Shown here piece by piece: positions 26,745-39,100 of a DNA stretch of 64,000 bases (positions within the stretch are counted from its first letter, which is position 1; each line of letters opens with the position of its first letter). A program made the translations under genes and the position numbers. The notes below the pieces were generated by a model. The model saw only the letters and a program-made list of their open reading frames with translations, was not told where the DNA came from and did not search any database. The stretch comes from Patescibacteria group bacterium (lineage in GTDB: Bacteria > Patescibacteriota > Microgenomatia > UBA1400 > PJMF01): assembly GCA_045541795.1 (NCBI GenBank), contig JAZQJV010000003.1, positions 1,623-65,622 on the forward strand, read 5' to 3'.

Positions 26745-28889
26745 ATGTTTAAATTATTTAAGAAAAACGAAGAGAACAAGCAAGAAGCACCAAAACGGTT
26801 TTTTAGTGTCTTGATGGCGCCAAATCTAGTGCAAGCGGCAATGTGGGAAGCGGCAGACATCGTGAAAGTGCTGGCCAAGTCCCCTACTCGGCCGTATTTT
26901 AATGATAATGACCTACTCGTAAAACTTGACCAGTGTTTGCAGGATCTAGGGCCTGACGGCGAAAGCGTGCACCAGACACTTTTTCACTTAGATAGTTCGT
27001 TTTTGTTGGGCGACGACCTCACGCCAGACGCCAAAAACCTTTTCCAGCGGATCACGGAGCAGCTGCAGCTAGAGTCGCTCGGATTTGTGACCAATACCGA
27101 AAGTGTGGTCAATGCCAAACTAGAAATGACGCCAGAGCTGACCCGCCAGCTGGTGGTGGAATTCACGCCGTCCAAGACAAATTTTGCTCTTTTTGAAGGG
27201 AAAAGTCTGATCGAAACGGTGAGTATGCCGGCGGAGGGGAATTTCGCCGAGCAGACCAAGAGTGTTCTCGTGCAATTGGCCGGTAAAATTGGTGCTGATT
27301 ATACGGCATTTTTTGAGGTAAATGATCAAATTCCGTCTACTTCACCTGCTGAGCCTTTGGTAATGGATTTGGTCTCTGGACAGATCACGAGTGAAGAAAT
27401 CCAGACTAAATTAAACATGCTGCCGGCCAATCTGCCGCTCAAGGCAGAAGTGCTCGGGAGTGAGATTTTGCTGTCTTTTATATTGTTGCCCAGCGCCACA
27501 ATCATTGCTACTTCTTACGGCTGGATCAAGCCGCCGGCGAGCGAGCCTGAAACTCCTCCGGCGAGCACACCGCCGGCAGAAGCGGTGGCGGCCGAGCCGA
27601 TACCGGTACTCTCGCGCCAAAAGGGCGCAAGCAAGGCGATCGTGCCGCAAGTAGATGCGGGAGATTTTGCGATCGAGACGAAGTCCCCAAAACCAAAAAA
27701 ACCGATGTCTCACGGCGCCAAAATGGGACTTTTGGTGTTGATTTTGATCATCGTGATGATAGCGGCCACTGGTTTGATTTTTTGGTGGCTGGTACAGGCT
27801 GGCGAAGCCACCGTAAGCGTCAGTGCCAAACACGACTTCCTCACCAAGACGCTGGAAGTCAGCATCGATCCTGAGGCCAAGGAAGCCGACTATGAGAAGT
27901 CCATCTTGCCAGGCACGGTCAAAGTGGGTAACCTAGAGGTTAGCATCGAGTACCCCACCACGGGCACAAAAAACGTGGGCGAAAAGGCGCAGGGAAAGGT
28001 GAAAATCTATAATAGGACAGAAAAAGAGCAGAAAATTGCTGCAGGCACTGAATTAGAAAACGGCGTGGTAAGTTTTGTGACAAAGGATGAAATTACAGTG
28101 AAGGCTGCCGAAAAAGGTAAGGAAATAAATGGTCAAAAAGTGGATGTGTTAGGTGAAGCTGAGGTCGATGTAATTGCATCAACTGTGGGAACAGCCGGAA
28201 ACATTAAAAAAGAGACATCGTTGCGTGTAGGCTCTGCGAATAAAGAAGAATTATATGCCGAAGCTAAGGAAGACTTTACCGGCGGTACTGACAAGACAAT
28301 CAAGGTCTTTTCCAAAGAAGACAAAGAAGCCGCCCTCAAGCTCGCCGAGGAAGAACTGGCGGCATCGGCGGCCGAGCAGATAGACGAGAAAAAGGGTAAA
28401 GTTTACCAGGTACCGCAGCTGGATGAAATGGAAATTACCTCTAGCGAATTTGACAAGGACGTAGATGAGGAAACAGAAACAGTTCTTTTGACCATGAAAG
28501 GCACGGTGCCGGTGATCTCCTTCACTCAAGACGACTTCAAGCCGCTGGCGCAGGCCACGATCGAAAAACTGTTGCCTGAAGGTTATGAGCTAGAAGGCGA
28601 GCTAGAGTTGCTGTCAACTCTAGACGACAAAAAAACTGCCCGCGGCAACGGCCAAATTTACGTAAAACTAGACCTTACTCAAAAGACCGTCAGCAGCGTC
28701 AACGTGGACGAGATCAAAGCGGCGCTTTTGGGCCAGAACTTGGCTAAGGTGGCCAATATCTTAGACCGGTATGAGGGCATAGACAGCTATAAGGTGGACT
28801 GGAACAGTCAGCTGACCCCCACGATCACCCACTCCATGCCGAGCAAGGCCAGCAAGCTTAAGGTAAATCTGGTGGAAAGCATCGAATAA
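26745..28889 (+). CDS. Membrane-anchored protein with extracellular baseplate-J-like domain
   Basis: Central TM helix; TTG.K.VGEKA.G.V.IYN, AGT, G..GNI, FTGG pattern common in CPR. Confidence 0.7.
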   Translation: MFKLFKKNEENKQEAPKRFFSVLMAPNLVQAAMWEAADIVKVLAKSPTRPYFNDNDLLVKLDQCLQDLGPDGESVHQTLFHLDSSFLLGDDLTPDAKNLFQRITEQLQLESLGFVTNTESVVNAKLEMTPELTRQLVVEFTPSKTNFALFEGKSLIETVSMPAEGNFAEQTKSVLVQLAGKIGADYTAFFEVNDQIPSTSPAEPLVMDLVSGQITSEEIQTKLNMLPANLPLKAEVLGSEILLSFILLPSATIIATSYGWIKPPASEPETPPASTPPAEAVAAEPIPVLSRQKGASKAIVPQVDAGDFAIETKSPKPKKPMSHGAKMGLLVLILIIVMIAATGLIFWWLVQAGEATVSVSAKHDFLTKTLEVSIDPEAKEADYEKSILPGTVKVGNLEVSIEYPTTGTKNVGEKAQGKVKIYNRTEKEQKIAAGTELENGVVSFVTKDEITVKAAEKGKEINGQKVDVLGEAEVDVIASTVGTAGNIKKETSLRVGSANKEELYAEAKEDFTGGTDKTIKVFSKEDKEAALKLAEEELAASAAEQIDEKKGKVYQVPQLDEMEITSSEFDKDVDEETETVLLTMKGTVPVISFTQDDFKPLAQATIEKLLPEGYELEGELELLSTLDDKKTARGNGQIYVKLDLTQKTVSSVNVDEIKAALLGQNLAKVANILDRYEGIDSYKVDWNSQLTPTITHSMPSKASKLKVNLVESIE

Positions 28890-28899
28890 GGAGGCGGGC

Positions 28900-29640
28900 G
28901 TGAGTGAGGTGGCAAAAAAACCCGGGGCAAACTGGCCGCTTTACTTACTCATGAGTGCAGGGCTGGGGTTGATATTGCTAGCCGGCGTACCTTTTGCCCG
29001 GGGATGGTGGCAACAAATACTGGATTCACAGGCGGAAAACATCGTCTACCCGCTAGAGATGAATGAGTTTTGGGCGCGAGTGGAAGCCAACCCCAAAATC
29101 ATCGCGGACATTGACGCCGTGACGGCGAAAGCGCCCACAATCGTGGACGAGATCGACTACGGCAACATCGAAAACTGGTTTAGTGACGGGAAATTCCACG
29201 CGCAAAAGCAGACGTCGCAAAGCTATACGCTTGACATAGAAAAGCTCGGTATAAAAAATGCCCTCGTAAAGGTGGGCGGTACAAATATTGATCACAATTT
29301 GGTACAATTTAATACCGACCGGACGATCGGCGATTATGGAGCGCCGGTGATTTTTGGTCACAGCATGCTGCGGCAGTTTTATAATCCCAAGGAAACCAAT
29401 AAAGAGCGATACAAAGGTATTTTCTCCACTATCATGACACTGGAGACGGGAGATGAGATCAAAATCACCATTGCTGGCGTGACGTACACTTTCTTGGTGA
29501 CGGAAAAAAAGGAAGTCAAGCCTGACGATGATTATATCATGAGTCAGGATGTAAGCAAAAAACAAATTAAATTGGTGACGTGCACGCCCGAAGGCACGAG
29601 GCTGCGGCGCGGAGTAATCACGGCAGAGCTAAAAAGTTGA
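28900..29640 (+). CDS. Sortase
   Basis: N-terminal TM; VIFGHS, LVTCTPEG...RR catalytic motifs. Confidence 0.9.
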   Translation: MSEVAKKPGANWPLYLLMSAGLGLILLAGVPFARGWWQQILDSQAENIVYPLEMNEFWARVEANPKIIADIDAVTAKAPTIVDEIDYGNIENWFSDGKFHAQKQTSQSYTLDIEKLGIKNALVKVGGTNIDHNLVQFNTDRTIGDYGAPVIFGHSMLRQFYNPKETNKERYKGIFSTIMTLETGDEIKITIAGVTYTFLVTEKKEVKPDDDYIMSQDVSKKQIKLVTCTPEGTRLRRGVITAELKS

Positions 29641-29641
29641 G

Positions 29642-30013
29642 ATGAAAATACTAGGCATTGATTACGGGACAAAGAGAGTGGGTGTGGCGGTGAGTTATGC
29701 CAGTTTGGCCCAGCCGCTAGAGGTGCTAGAAAATGACGAACACTTAATTGGGCGGCTGGGCCAACTGATGGCCGAACACCGCGTGCAAGAAATTGTAGTG
29801 GGGATCAGTGAAAATGAAATGGCAGCCAAAACGCAGGAATTTGTGCGCCGCTTGCGCGCGGTCACTCCCCTACCCATCACTTTTATCGACGAGACGCTTA
29901 CCAGCCACCAGGTACACGAATGGCTGCGGGATGCGCCCGCGCGCAAGCGGCGCGGGCCGATCGATCATTTTGCGGCAGCGTTGATTTTGGAAAATTATCT
30001 GCAGGATAAATGA
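29642..30013 (+). CDS. ruvX: YqgF/RuvX pre-16S rRNA nuclease / resolvase-like
   Basis: ILGIDYGTKRVGVA, IDETLTS, ID..AAALILE.YL. Confidence 0.93.
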   Translation: MKILGIDYGTKRVGVAVSYASLAQPLEVLENDEHLIGRLGQLMAEHRVQEIVVGISENEMAAKTQEFVRRLRAVTPLPITFIDETLTSHQVHEWLRDAPARKRRGPIDHFAAALILENYLQDK

Positions 30014-30078
30014 GGGGCAATACCGTAGCACATCCACAGCATACACATAAAGTTGCCGCCAAAGGTAGGCGGAAAGCC

Positions 30079-30110
30079 AAAAAAACCGGGCGATAAACCC
30101 GGTTTCTGTT
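30079..30110. terminator. Intrinsic terminator between convergent genes
   Basis: AAAAAAACCGGG-CGATAAA-CCCGGTTTCTGTT. Confidence 0.7.
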
Positions 30111-30131
30111 TCATCTTCACTCTCCCCTCCC

Positions 30132-33100
30132 CTATGGATTGAGGTCAGGATTGTCGGCGTACATGTAGGCAGAGCTATTGGCGCGGTGGAGCGTGTTGTA
30201 GATCGGGAAGTAGAAGCTGATATTGTAATTCTTGGTGACGCTCATACCGGAGTCATTATCGCGGATAGTAACCGTGTGCGGACCAGGGAAGGTGTAATTG
30301 GTCAGCGTGAGACCAAATTCTTCCACCGGGATGGCAAAGGTAAAGCCAGTCTGCTCGCCAGCAATGGTGCTCACATCGATCGTCTTGACGATGGAGGTGC
30401 CGTTGATCGCCAAGGTAATGGTGAAGTTCTTGGGCACGCTCATGGCGGGAATATAGCCTTCGATGAGAATGTCATCATTGGTGGGCACCAGGCGCACATT
30501 CCAGGTGAGCTCACCGTCGGCCACATTGTCGATCAGATCAATGTAGCTCGGCATACTGGCGTAGTAGTAAGTATCAGTGAAGGTACTCACGTGACCCACA
30601 TTATCCACCGCACAGACATAGAGAGTATGCTGTCCCTCGTCGATGGTGATACCGATATTGGAACCACTGGCGATGGTGGTGCCGCCGGTGCAACTGTCAC
30701 CCAGGCTGTTTTCATTCCAGGCGTAAGCAATGCGAGCGAGACCCGAGAGAGTATCCACCGCCGTGACATCAATATTTTGACGGGTGGAAGTCCAGCCGGG
30801 GACTGCCGGGGTGACTTCGAGCGTGGGCGCGGCGAGGTCAATGCGATTGGCCGGTGAGGTACAAGTGGTAGACACGCCCACATTATTGGTGATGGTCACC
30901 TGGCAGGTGGCGCCGTGGACAGCCACAGCGGTACAAGAGTAGCTATCCTGAGCCATGCCAGACACACCACCGTCAGAATCCGTGAGGACGAAAAGCTGTT
31001 GGTTGGAGACACTCTTCCAGTCTACCGGATCGGCCGGAGTCCAAGTGCCGCAGACAGGAGCCTCAAAGTTGGCGTAAACCGTCTGAGTACTGGTGACCGT
31101 AGTGATGTTGGCGACATTATCTGCCACGGAGACACGGTAACGGTAGCAGTGACCATTGGTCATATTGGCCGTGGCGGTGAGCGTACCGGCTGAGTACGTG
31201 AAGGCAGTATCCTCGTAGGCTGCTCCGGTGAGATCACAGCTAGAAGTGTTACCCGTGGTGACGGTAGTACCCATGATCCGCTCTACTCTCCAGGTGGAGT
31301 CATTGATGCCAGACTGCGTATCGCTGACACCTGTAAGCTGGAGGTTGATAGCACCGTTATTGGTGACGTACTGATCCGTGTAGCCGAGTGAGAAACTGGG
31401 CGCCGTCTGATCGTTGATCACATTGATCCGGCAGCTGGCGGTAGTACCGTTACCATAAGTGTAGACGATGGTGCCAGAGCCAGTGGATTCGGCTGCTTCC
31501 GCCCAGGCGTAGGTCTTGGTGTAAGTACCGGCGCCGCCTTCATGAGTGCCAGTGCCGGCTGGAGTAAGGCTCCAGTTGGCGTTAAATGGCGGATAGTAGA
31601 CACTAGTGATGCCGGAGTCTGGCTCAGCAAGCTGAGTGGTCAATTGGAAGGAACCAGTGCGACCCGTGCTAGCAGCGTAATCATAGCTGGAGTAATAGAG
31701 CGTATCGCTGCCCGCTTGATGCTGATAGTCAGTATTGGTCACTGGCGTGAGGGTACAAGTCAGCGCAGGTGTGGCCGGATCCACCTTATTTTCTGGTGAC
31801 TGACAGACCTTGGTATTGCCAGCGCGATCAGTCAGGGTGACGGAGCAAGTGCTGCCGGTGGTAGCCGCCGTAGTACAAGTGGTCACCAGTCCAGAGCTTA
31901 AGCCCGAGCCAGCATCGCTGGAACCCACGAGGGTGAAAGGCTGACCGCCGCTCGTGCGCCACGGATTCACCTCGGCCGGATCCCAGCTACCGCAGGTGGG
32001 CGCTTCGAGGTCAATGGCGATCTGGCAAGTATCGCCGCTGGCCGTAGACGTGGTAGTAGCTTGATTGCCGACCTTATCCGTGCTGACCAGCAGATAACGA
32101 TAACAGGTATTGGTAGCCGCGCCAGATACAGCGTGATTGGTGACGCCACCCGTAGCGACAATGCTACAGCTATCACTAGTGTCTGCGCAGTCCGCAGTGA
32201 GGTCTGCCGGGTAAGAGCAAGCGCCGCCAGCGAGAGTGCCGATTTGCTGGACGAGATAGCTGGAGGCAGTATCCAGGCCAGAGCCAGAGTACGTGATGCC
32301 GCTGACAGTAGACTCCGGATCGGCGCCATAATCCACCTTGATGGAGAAGGACGAGGAGTTTTGGGCGCCGGCCGGGCAAGTGGTGATGCGGCCAGCTGGA
32401 GCCTGATCGTCATAGACGAGGGTGAAGTCAGTGCTCGCCGCGCGCAGACCATTATTGGCTAGGGCAAGACGATCGGCATAGACAGTCTTATTGGAATCGT
32501 TGAGGTAGTAGACGCGGTAGTAGGTATTGATGTCTGCTCCCGGGATACCGGCCACAGTGGTGGCATCATTGAGGTTTTGGAAGGCAGTGGACGAGATAGT
32601 GCCGCTGGAGCCGCCAGTAGCCGTGGCCAGCACGGTGACATTACTACCACTGGTGGGTGCGTAGTAAGCCGTGGTGGCACCATCATAGTAGAAGTTTTCA
32701 CTGGTGGAGGTGATGGAGTCGATGCTGATTTCAGGCACGTTGGTATCCACGATGAAGGAATTGGTGGACGTGATGACGGCCGTATTGGAGACATTATCTG
32801 TCACGAGCACGCGGTAACGATAGCACTTGCCGTCTACCAAGGTGTCATTGGCCACGATTGCATCCGCAGTGAGGTAGGCGTCATCATAGGTATTGATGGT
32901 GGCATAGTCAGAGCAACCTTCAGCTTCGCTGCACTCGTAATTGCAGGTGTAGTCAGCGACACTGACATCTCCCGTGCCGTCACCAGTGTAAGTAGCCACG
33001 CCGGTAGCACGTTGGATGGTCCAACTCTTGATGCCGGAACCAGAATCCGTGACGCTAGACTTACCCAGTCCCAGCGCGAGCTCACGAGAGCCGGCGCGAT

Positions 33101-36100
33101 TGGTCACTCCAGTGGCATAAGTGAGGCTAGCCGGGGCGATAGGATTGTCTGGATCAGCAATAGCGCTGACCTGACAAGAGCTGGTATTATTGTTACCAAA
33201 GGTCATAGTGACGCTGGAGTTGGAGTCATCACGGCGGGTAGTGGTATCCCAAGTATAGTTGCGCTCATACACGCGGGGATTACCAGTGGCCGAGCGGCTA
33301 GACTCAGCGGCAGTATTGGCAGCCAAAGCCGGGAAGTTTACCTTGGCGATGCCAGAGGAAGGTACGCTGGCGGCCGTGGTACGGACGGTGAAATTACCAG
33401 CCGAGAGTGACGGATTGTAGTAAATAGTGCTGTCATCTGGCAGGTAGCTAGTACCGGAGACCGGAGACACTTGACAAGTGAGAGCGGCCACTTCGTCGTC
33501 GATATTATTGGTGGGCGAAGTACAGGTGGCAGTATTGCCGGCCTGATCATAGATCGTGACGTCGCAAGTCTCACCGTCGATAGCATTGACTGTGGAGCAA
33601 GTGAAGCTGCTCGCGCCGATGCCAGAACCAGTATCCGTAGAACCGTAAAGGGTGAAGGTCTGATTGGCAGCAGTATTCTTCCAAGGTACTTGAGCAGGAT
33701 CCCAAGTGGTACCGCAGACAGGAGCGGTGGTATCCACCTTGATCTCATTGGGGCTGGCGATCGTAGCGATGTTACCCACATTATCGCTCACACGTACCTG
33801 GAAGCGGTAACACTTACCACTCTCAAGGGTGTCAGTAGTGGCGATAGCGGTCACCTTACCGTCAGTAGTGGTAAGACCAGCGCTGACTTCGCTGTAAGCG
33901 CCGTAAGCAGAGCAAGTGCCGCCGCTCAAGGTCCCTTCGCTGCGCCAGACAGTCCAGGAGTCTTCATCAATACCAGAGCCGCTATCAGTGGGACGAGTGA
34001 GGCCGAGGTTGACGGTGTGAGTCGAGGCTTGGTTGATGTAGGCGGTAGCGTAGCCCAGAGAGCCGTCTACTGGAGCGGTGTGATCAGGAATGATAGCGAC
34101 GTTGCACTGACCGCTAGTGCCGTTGCCGTAGGCAAACTTCACGCTAGCACGCTCACTACCGGCAGCCCCTTGTACCCAGGAGTAAGCCTGAGTGTAGTGA
34201 CCGCTGGCTGAGGTCTGACTACCAGCCGTCCAGCCTTCTGCCAACACTGGGAACTGCTTGGAGGTAATGTGTGAGGACGGTTCATCAAGCTTGACACCCA
34301 GGAGGAAGGAACCATTGATGCTGGCACCAGAGCTGGCTTCGCCGTTATTGTAGTAGAGGGTGGGCAGCGTGCCGACAGTAGTCGCATACTGATACTGTGG
34401 CGCTGTGCCTTCAGTGATGGTACAGGTGAGTTCTGGCGTATCGCCGTCCACCTTATTGACAGGTGAGGTACACACGCTCATGCGGCCGGCATGGTCATAG
34501 ATGGAGACAGTACAGGTATCACCAGTCTTATCACCAGTGGCACACTCTCCCCCACTCACCTTGATGCCGGAGCCGGAATCTGAGGAACCCGCGAGGATGA
34601 AGGTCTGACCGCCAGAAGTATTCCAGGGGTTGACTTCGGCTGGAGTCCAGCTGCCGCAGGTAGGATTATTCAGGTCTACCTTTACCGTGCAGGTGGCGGA
34701 AGTTTCATTGCGGACGTGATCGCGAGCGACGAGACGGTAAATGTAGCAAGCTTCGCTGGCGTCAGTTTCTTGGTAAGTGGTATCACCCACGCTACCCACA
34801 GGAGCAAAGACGGCGCTTGCGGTATCGCAGGTACCATTGGCCAGGAGTGGCACGACCGCACGCTCGATATGTGAGCCGTTTTCGCTGGTATTATCATTAC
34901 CAGAGAGACGATCAGTACCATAGCTACCAGCGATGGTGAAGTTATCCGTGGCTTGCCAGCCAGAAGGACAGGCGGTGAAGGCAACGTCTTGCGGTCCTTC
35001 GCTGTCATAGATCACGTCAAAGTACGCTTCATTGGTATCGTCAGTGGTATTGACCGCTTGTAGGATCATATCAGTCATGGTACTGGTAAGACCCGTGAAC
35101 TCATAGAAGTGATCCTGGTAAGTGGGGGTGGTGGGGGTGGGATAGGTGTAACGGGTGGAGGAAGTGCGGTCAAAGTTTTCATAAAGCACCTGAGTGATGC
35201 CAGCACCGACCGCCGTGGAATTGGTGCGAGCGGTGGTGGTTACCTGAGCGCCGCGAGCGTTACTATTGGGACCGTAGTAGATGGTAGACGCCTCATCAAA
35301 GTAGTAGATGTCGTCTGCAGTCGGCGTCACACTGGTGATGTAGATTTCTGGTAGATTGGAGTTGACCATGATCACGTTTTCCGCCGTGAAGATGGAGACA
35401 TTATCCACGCGGTCAGTCGCGACGACGCGGTAGCGGTAGCAGCTCATATCTTGCAGGTCATCATTGACACTCATGATACCAGAGCCATAGGAGGTGTAGT
35501 CGTTGGCGCCAAAGGAGACCATATCGCTGCTGCCCCAATCTTGCCAGTCAGTACAGACATTATCCGTGCCGAGTGTACCCTTGATCCGTTGGATTTCGAG
35601 TGTGGCGAGGCCAGCACCGTCATCAGCAAAGTCAGCGGCCGTGATACCAAGCTTGACGTCGCGCGCACCCGGGATACCGTACTTGATGTTCTTGTACTTG
35701 GGAGCGCTACCGGCCGGAGCAGTACTATCGGCGATCACCGAGACAGAGCAGGTATTAGAGTTGTAGTTGCCATAAGTAACCCAGACGAGTTCGTTTTCGC
35801 TGGAGCGAGTACTAGTGGATGACCAGGCATAGTCACGAGTGAAGACGGTAGGCGTGGTGACACTGGCGGACTGGGTAGCGTAGTGCTCATTGCTGCCGGC
35901 CAGAGCTGGGAAGTAAGCGTAAGCGATGCCAGAGCGAGGTTGCTCGTCTGCGGTGGCGACGACGCGGAAAGTACCGCTACCCTTAGCCGGATTGTAATAG
36001 AGCAAGTTCTTATCGCTGATCAGATACTGAGTACCGGTACCAGAGACCAGACCGCAGGTGACGTCGGGATTGGCGAGGTCGATGCGATTGGCAGGAGACT

Positions 36101-39100
36101 GACAGCGGGCAGTGTTGCCAGCAACGTCAGCGATGTCTACCCAGCAGGTGGCCGAGGATGAAGCCTCAGTGGTACAGCTATAATAGCTGGCAGACATGGT
36201 AGTGAGGGCGTCGATGGAGTCAAGCAGCTCAAAGGTCTGGCCGACGGCGGTATTCTTCCAGGGAGAAGGATCCGGTTGCCAGGTGGCGCCGCAATTGGGA
36301 GCAGTCAAGTCGATCTTGACTTCACCACTACTGGTGACGCTGGCGGTATTGCCTACCATATCTGAGACGCGTAGTTGGAACTTGTAGCAGCGGCCAGAGG
36401 CGTAATCCGCATCTTGATCAATAGCGATGCTAATGCCGGTCACCTGATCATTGACAGTGGTATATTGTAGCTCGCTGGCGGGCACAGCCGTAAAGCTGGA
36501 ATAATCAGAGCAGGTATCGCCAGCGAGGGTGCCGACACTCTTGTAGACAGACCATGAGGTCTCATCAATGCCGGAAGCGAGGTCGCGACCGCGAGTGAGC
36601 TTCAAGTCAATCGTCTTGGCGGTATCTTGGCCGACGTAGACAGTGCCGTAATCCAGGGATGAGCCTACAGGGCTGGCGGAGTCGGCCAGCACAGCAACTG
36701 TACACTGAGCCGCTTGACCGTTGCCATAGGTAATGTCTACGGTGGTGTTGGCATTGCCAGTGGCACCGGCGGTCGTCCAGGTGTAGTCTTGGTAAATATC
36801 CAGACCTGACTCGGTATAATTGCTGCTCGTCCAGCCACCGGCGATAGCCGAGAAGGTGAGCGGAGTGCGATAGCCAGAGGACGGAGACTGAGACATGCTT
36901 GCCGTCAAGCGCCAGGTGCCCGAGGCAGCGGAGCTAGGATTGAAGTATAAGGTAGGCTTGCTGGCGCGCATGGTGGGATACCAGTAGTCACCAGCGATGT
37001 CTGCAGGCAAGGAACAAGTGAGGTCGTAGATATTGGTGTCCACCTTATTGATCGGTGAGCGGCAGACGCTAGTGCGGCCGGCGTTATCAGAAATAGTGAT
37101 AGTACAGGTATCACCGTTGGCCACACCCGTGGTACACTCGCCACCAGCTACATTGATACCGGAGGTGGTGTCAGTGGAGTCAGAAAGGACAAACCGTTGA
37201 CCAACGTTGGCTCTGTTCCAGACAGTCACTTCTTCTGGTTCCCAAGTGCCGCAGACAGGATCAGTGAGATCTACCTTCACTTCGCACACAGCTGAGCGGG
37301 TGAGATTACCCACGTTATCCGCAGCCACAAGCCGGTAACGATAGCAGCCGTCTGTAGCACCAGCAACTGAGTAGTCAGTGGCTGCGTAGTCACTTACCCG
37401 GGTGTAATCACCAGAGTAGGAGCAGGCACCATTGGTGAAAGTACCAGATTGGCCTTCAATGAAGCTGGAAGTAAGATCAAGACCAGAGAGAGCGTCACTA
37501 CCATAGCTGCCCTTGATGGCGAAGGAATTGGCCGTGAGGTATTCACTCGTAGTGGAAGGACAAGTGGTAAAGGCGACATCACTCGGGCCGGCACCGTCAT
37601 AGGTGACGTTGAAATGAGTGTTGGCAGAGCTAACCGGCTCAGAATTGGTGTACGCAGTGATAGCCCGATCCGCATAGGAAGTGGTACTGCCCACTGGGAG
37701 CGTATAGGTGCGCATATAAGGACTGTCTGTATCAGAACTGGTACCTTCGCCCGTAAGATCCTGGAAGGCGACATTGGAGATGGCGTAACCTTCACCAGCG
37801 CTGGCGTCGGCCGTAAGGATCAAGGCCGTGGACACAGTGGGCTTGGCATAGTAGATCGTATCGACGTTGTCAAAGTAGACACCGCTCGGCTGTGAGACAT
37901 TGGAGATGGCGATACTGGGTCGGCCAGAGTCCACGATGTAGTAGTTGGCGGTGGAAATGACGCCCACATTACCGAGCTTATCGGTGACGAGCACGCGGTA
38001 ACGATAACAGCTGGAGTCAGTGATATTCATGTTTACCGTGAGCGTGCCGTCCGGCAGATCAGCGTCAGCGATCGCATCGGAGATATTGGTGAAGTGTGTA
38101 TCGGCCGCGTCAGTGTAGTCACCAGCAAACGGACAGGAGTCGTTTTCGCCGAGGGCGACGCGCTCATACTGGAAGATCCAGTTATTGATACCCACGCCAG
38201 CATCTGTGATTTGCGACTTGGCCGTACCGAGGCTGACCTCAATATTGCTGCCGGCCTTATTGGTGACTTGAGTGAGGTAGCCAAGATCTGGTCCGGTGGG
38301 AGCCTGACTATCAGCTACGGCCGAGACCTGACACGTGAGGACGACGTCATTGTTGAAGTTCATCGTGACCGGTTGGTTGTAGAGCTGAGTATTGTTGGTA
38401 GTCGTCCAGTTGTAGGTCTTGGTAAATGAGCTTTGGCCGGCAGTGGTAGGAGTGACGGTCTCGGCCGCAGTATCCGCCAGAGCTGGGAACTCGACACTAT
38501 CGACACCGGATTCGGAACTAGAGACGTTGGCCGCATTGAGGTAGAAGTTACCTACACCTCGGCTGGGATTGTAGTAGACGGTGGAGTTACCCACGAGCAA
38601 GGCATTGGCGCCGCTATCCAGGGTAATGGTACAAGCCAGGGTCGGTTCGCCGTTATCCACACGATTGATGGGTGAGGTACAAGTGGTGGTATTGCCGGCG
38701 CGATCAGAGATCGTGACGTCACAGGTGGCGCCGTAGACGGCCGCGGCGGTACAGACTTCATAGCCGGCGACTGATTCCACACCAGAGTAGGTATCATAGC
38801 TGCCAGCTGCGGCATGATCAGCACCGTCATTATAATAGAGCTTGAAGACTTCTGGAGCAACATCCCAAGAGTCAGTGCCGGCAGCCGGATCCCAGTCTGT
38901 ACCACAGACAGGAGCGGTGGTATCCACCTTGATTTCGGCCGCGTCAGCGATGTTGGCTGGGAAGACAGCTTGATTGCCTACGAGGTCACTCACGCGTAAC
39001 TCGTACTTGTAGCAGCGACCAGAAGCGAGGATGTCTGTAGCGGTGAGATTGGTGAGGACACCAGCAGTGAAGGTCTGAGTAGGAGTGATCTGAGTGGGAG

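Noticed and set aside
26745-28889. Prophage or contractile injection system based on the baseplate-J-like domain
   Set aside because: No other phage structural genes; it is membrane-anchored and in an operon with sortase and ruvX.
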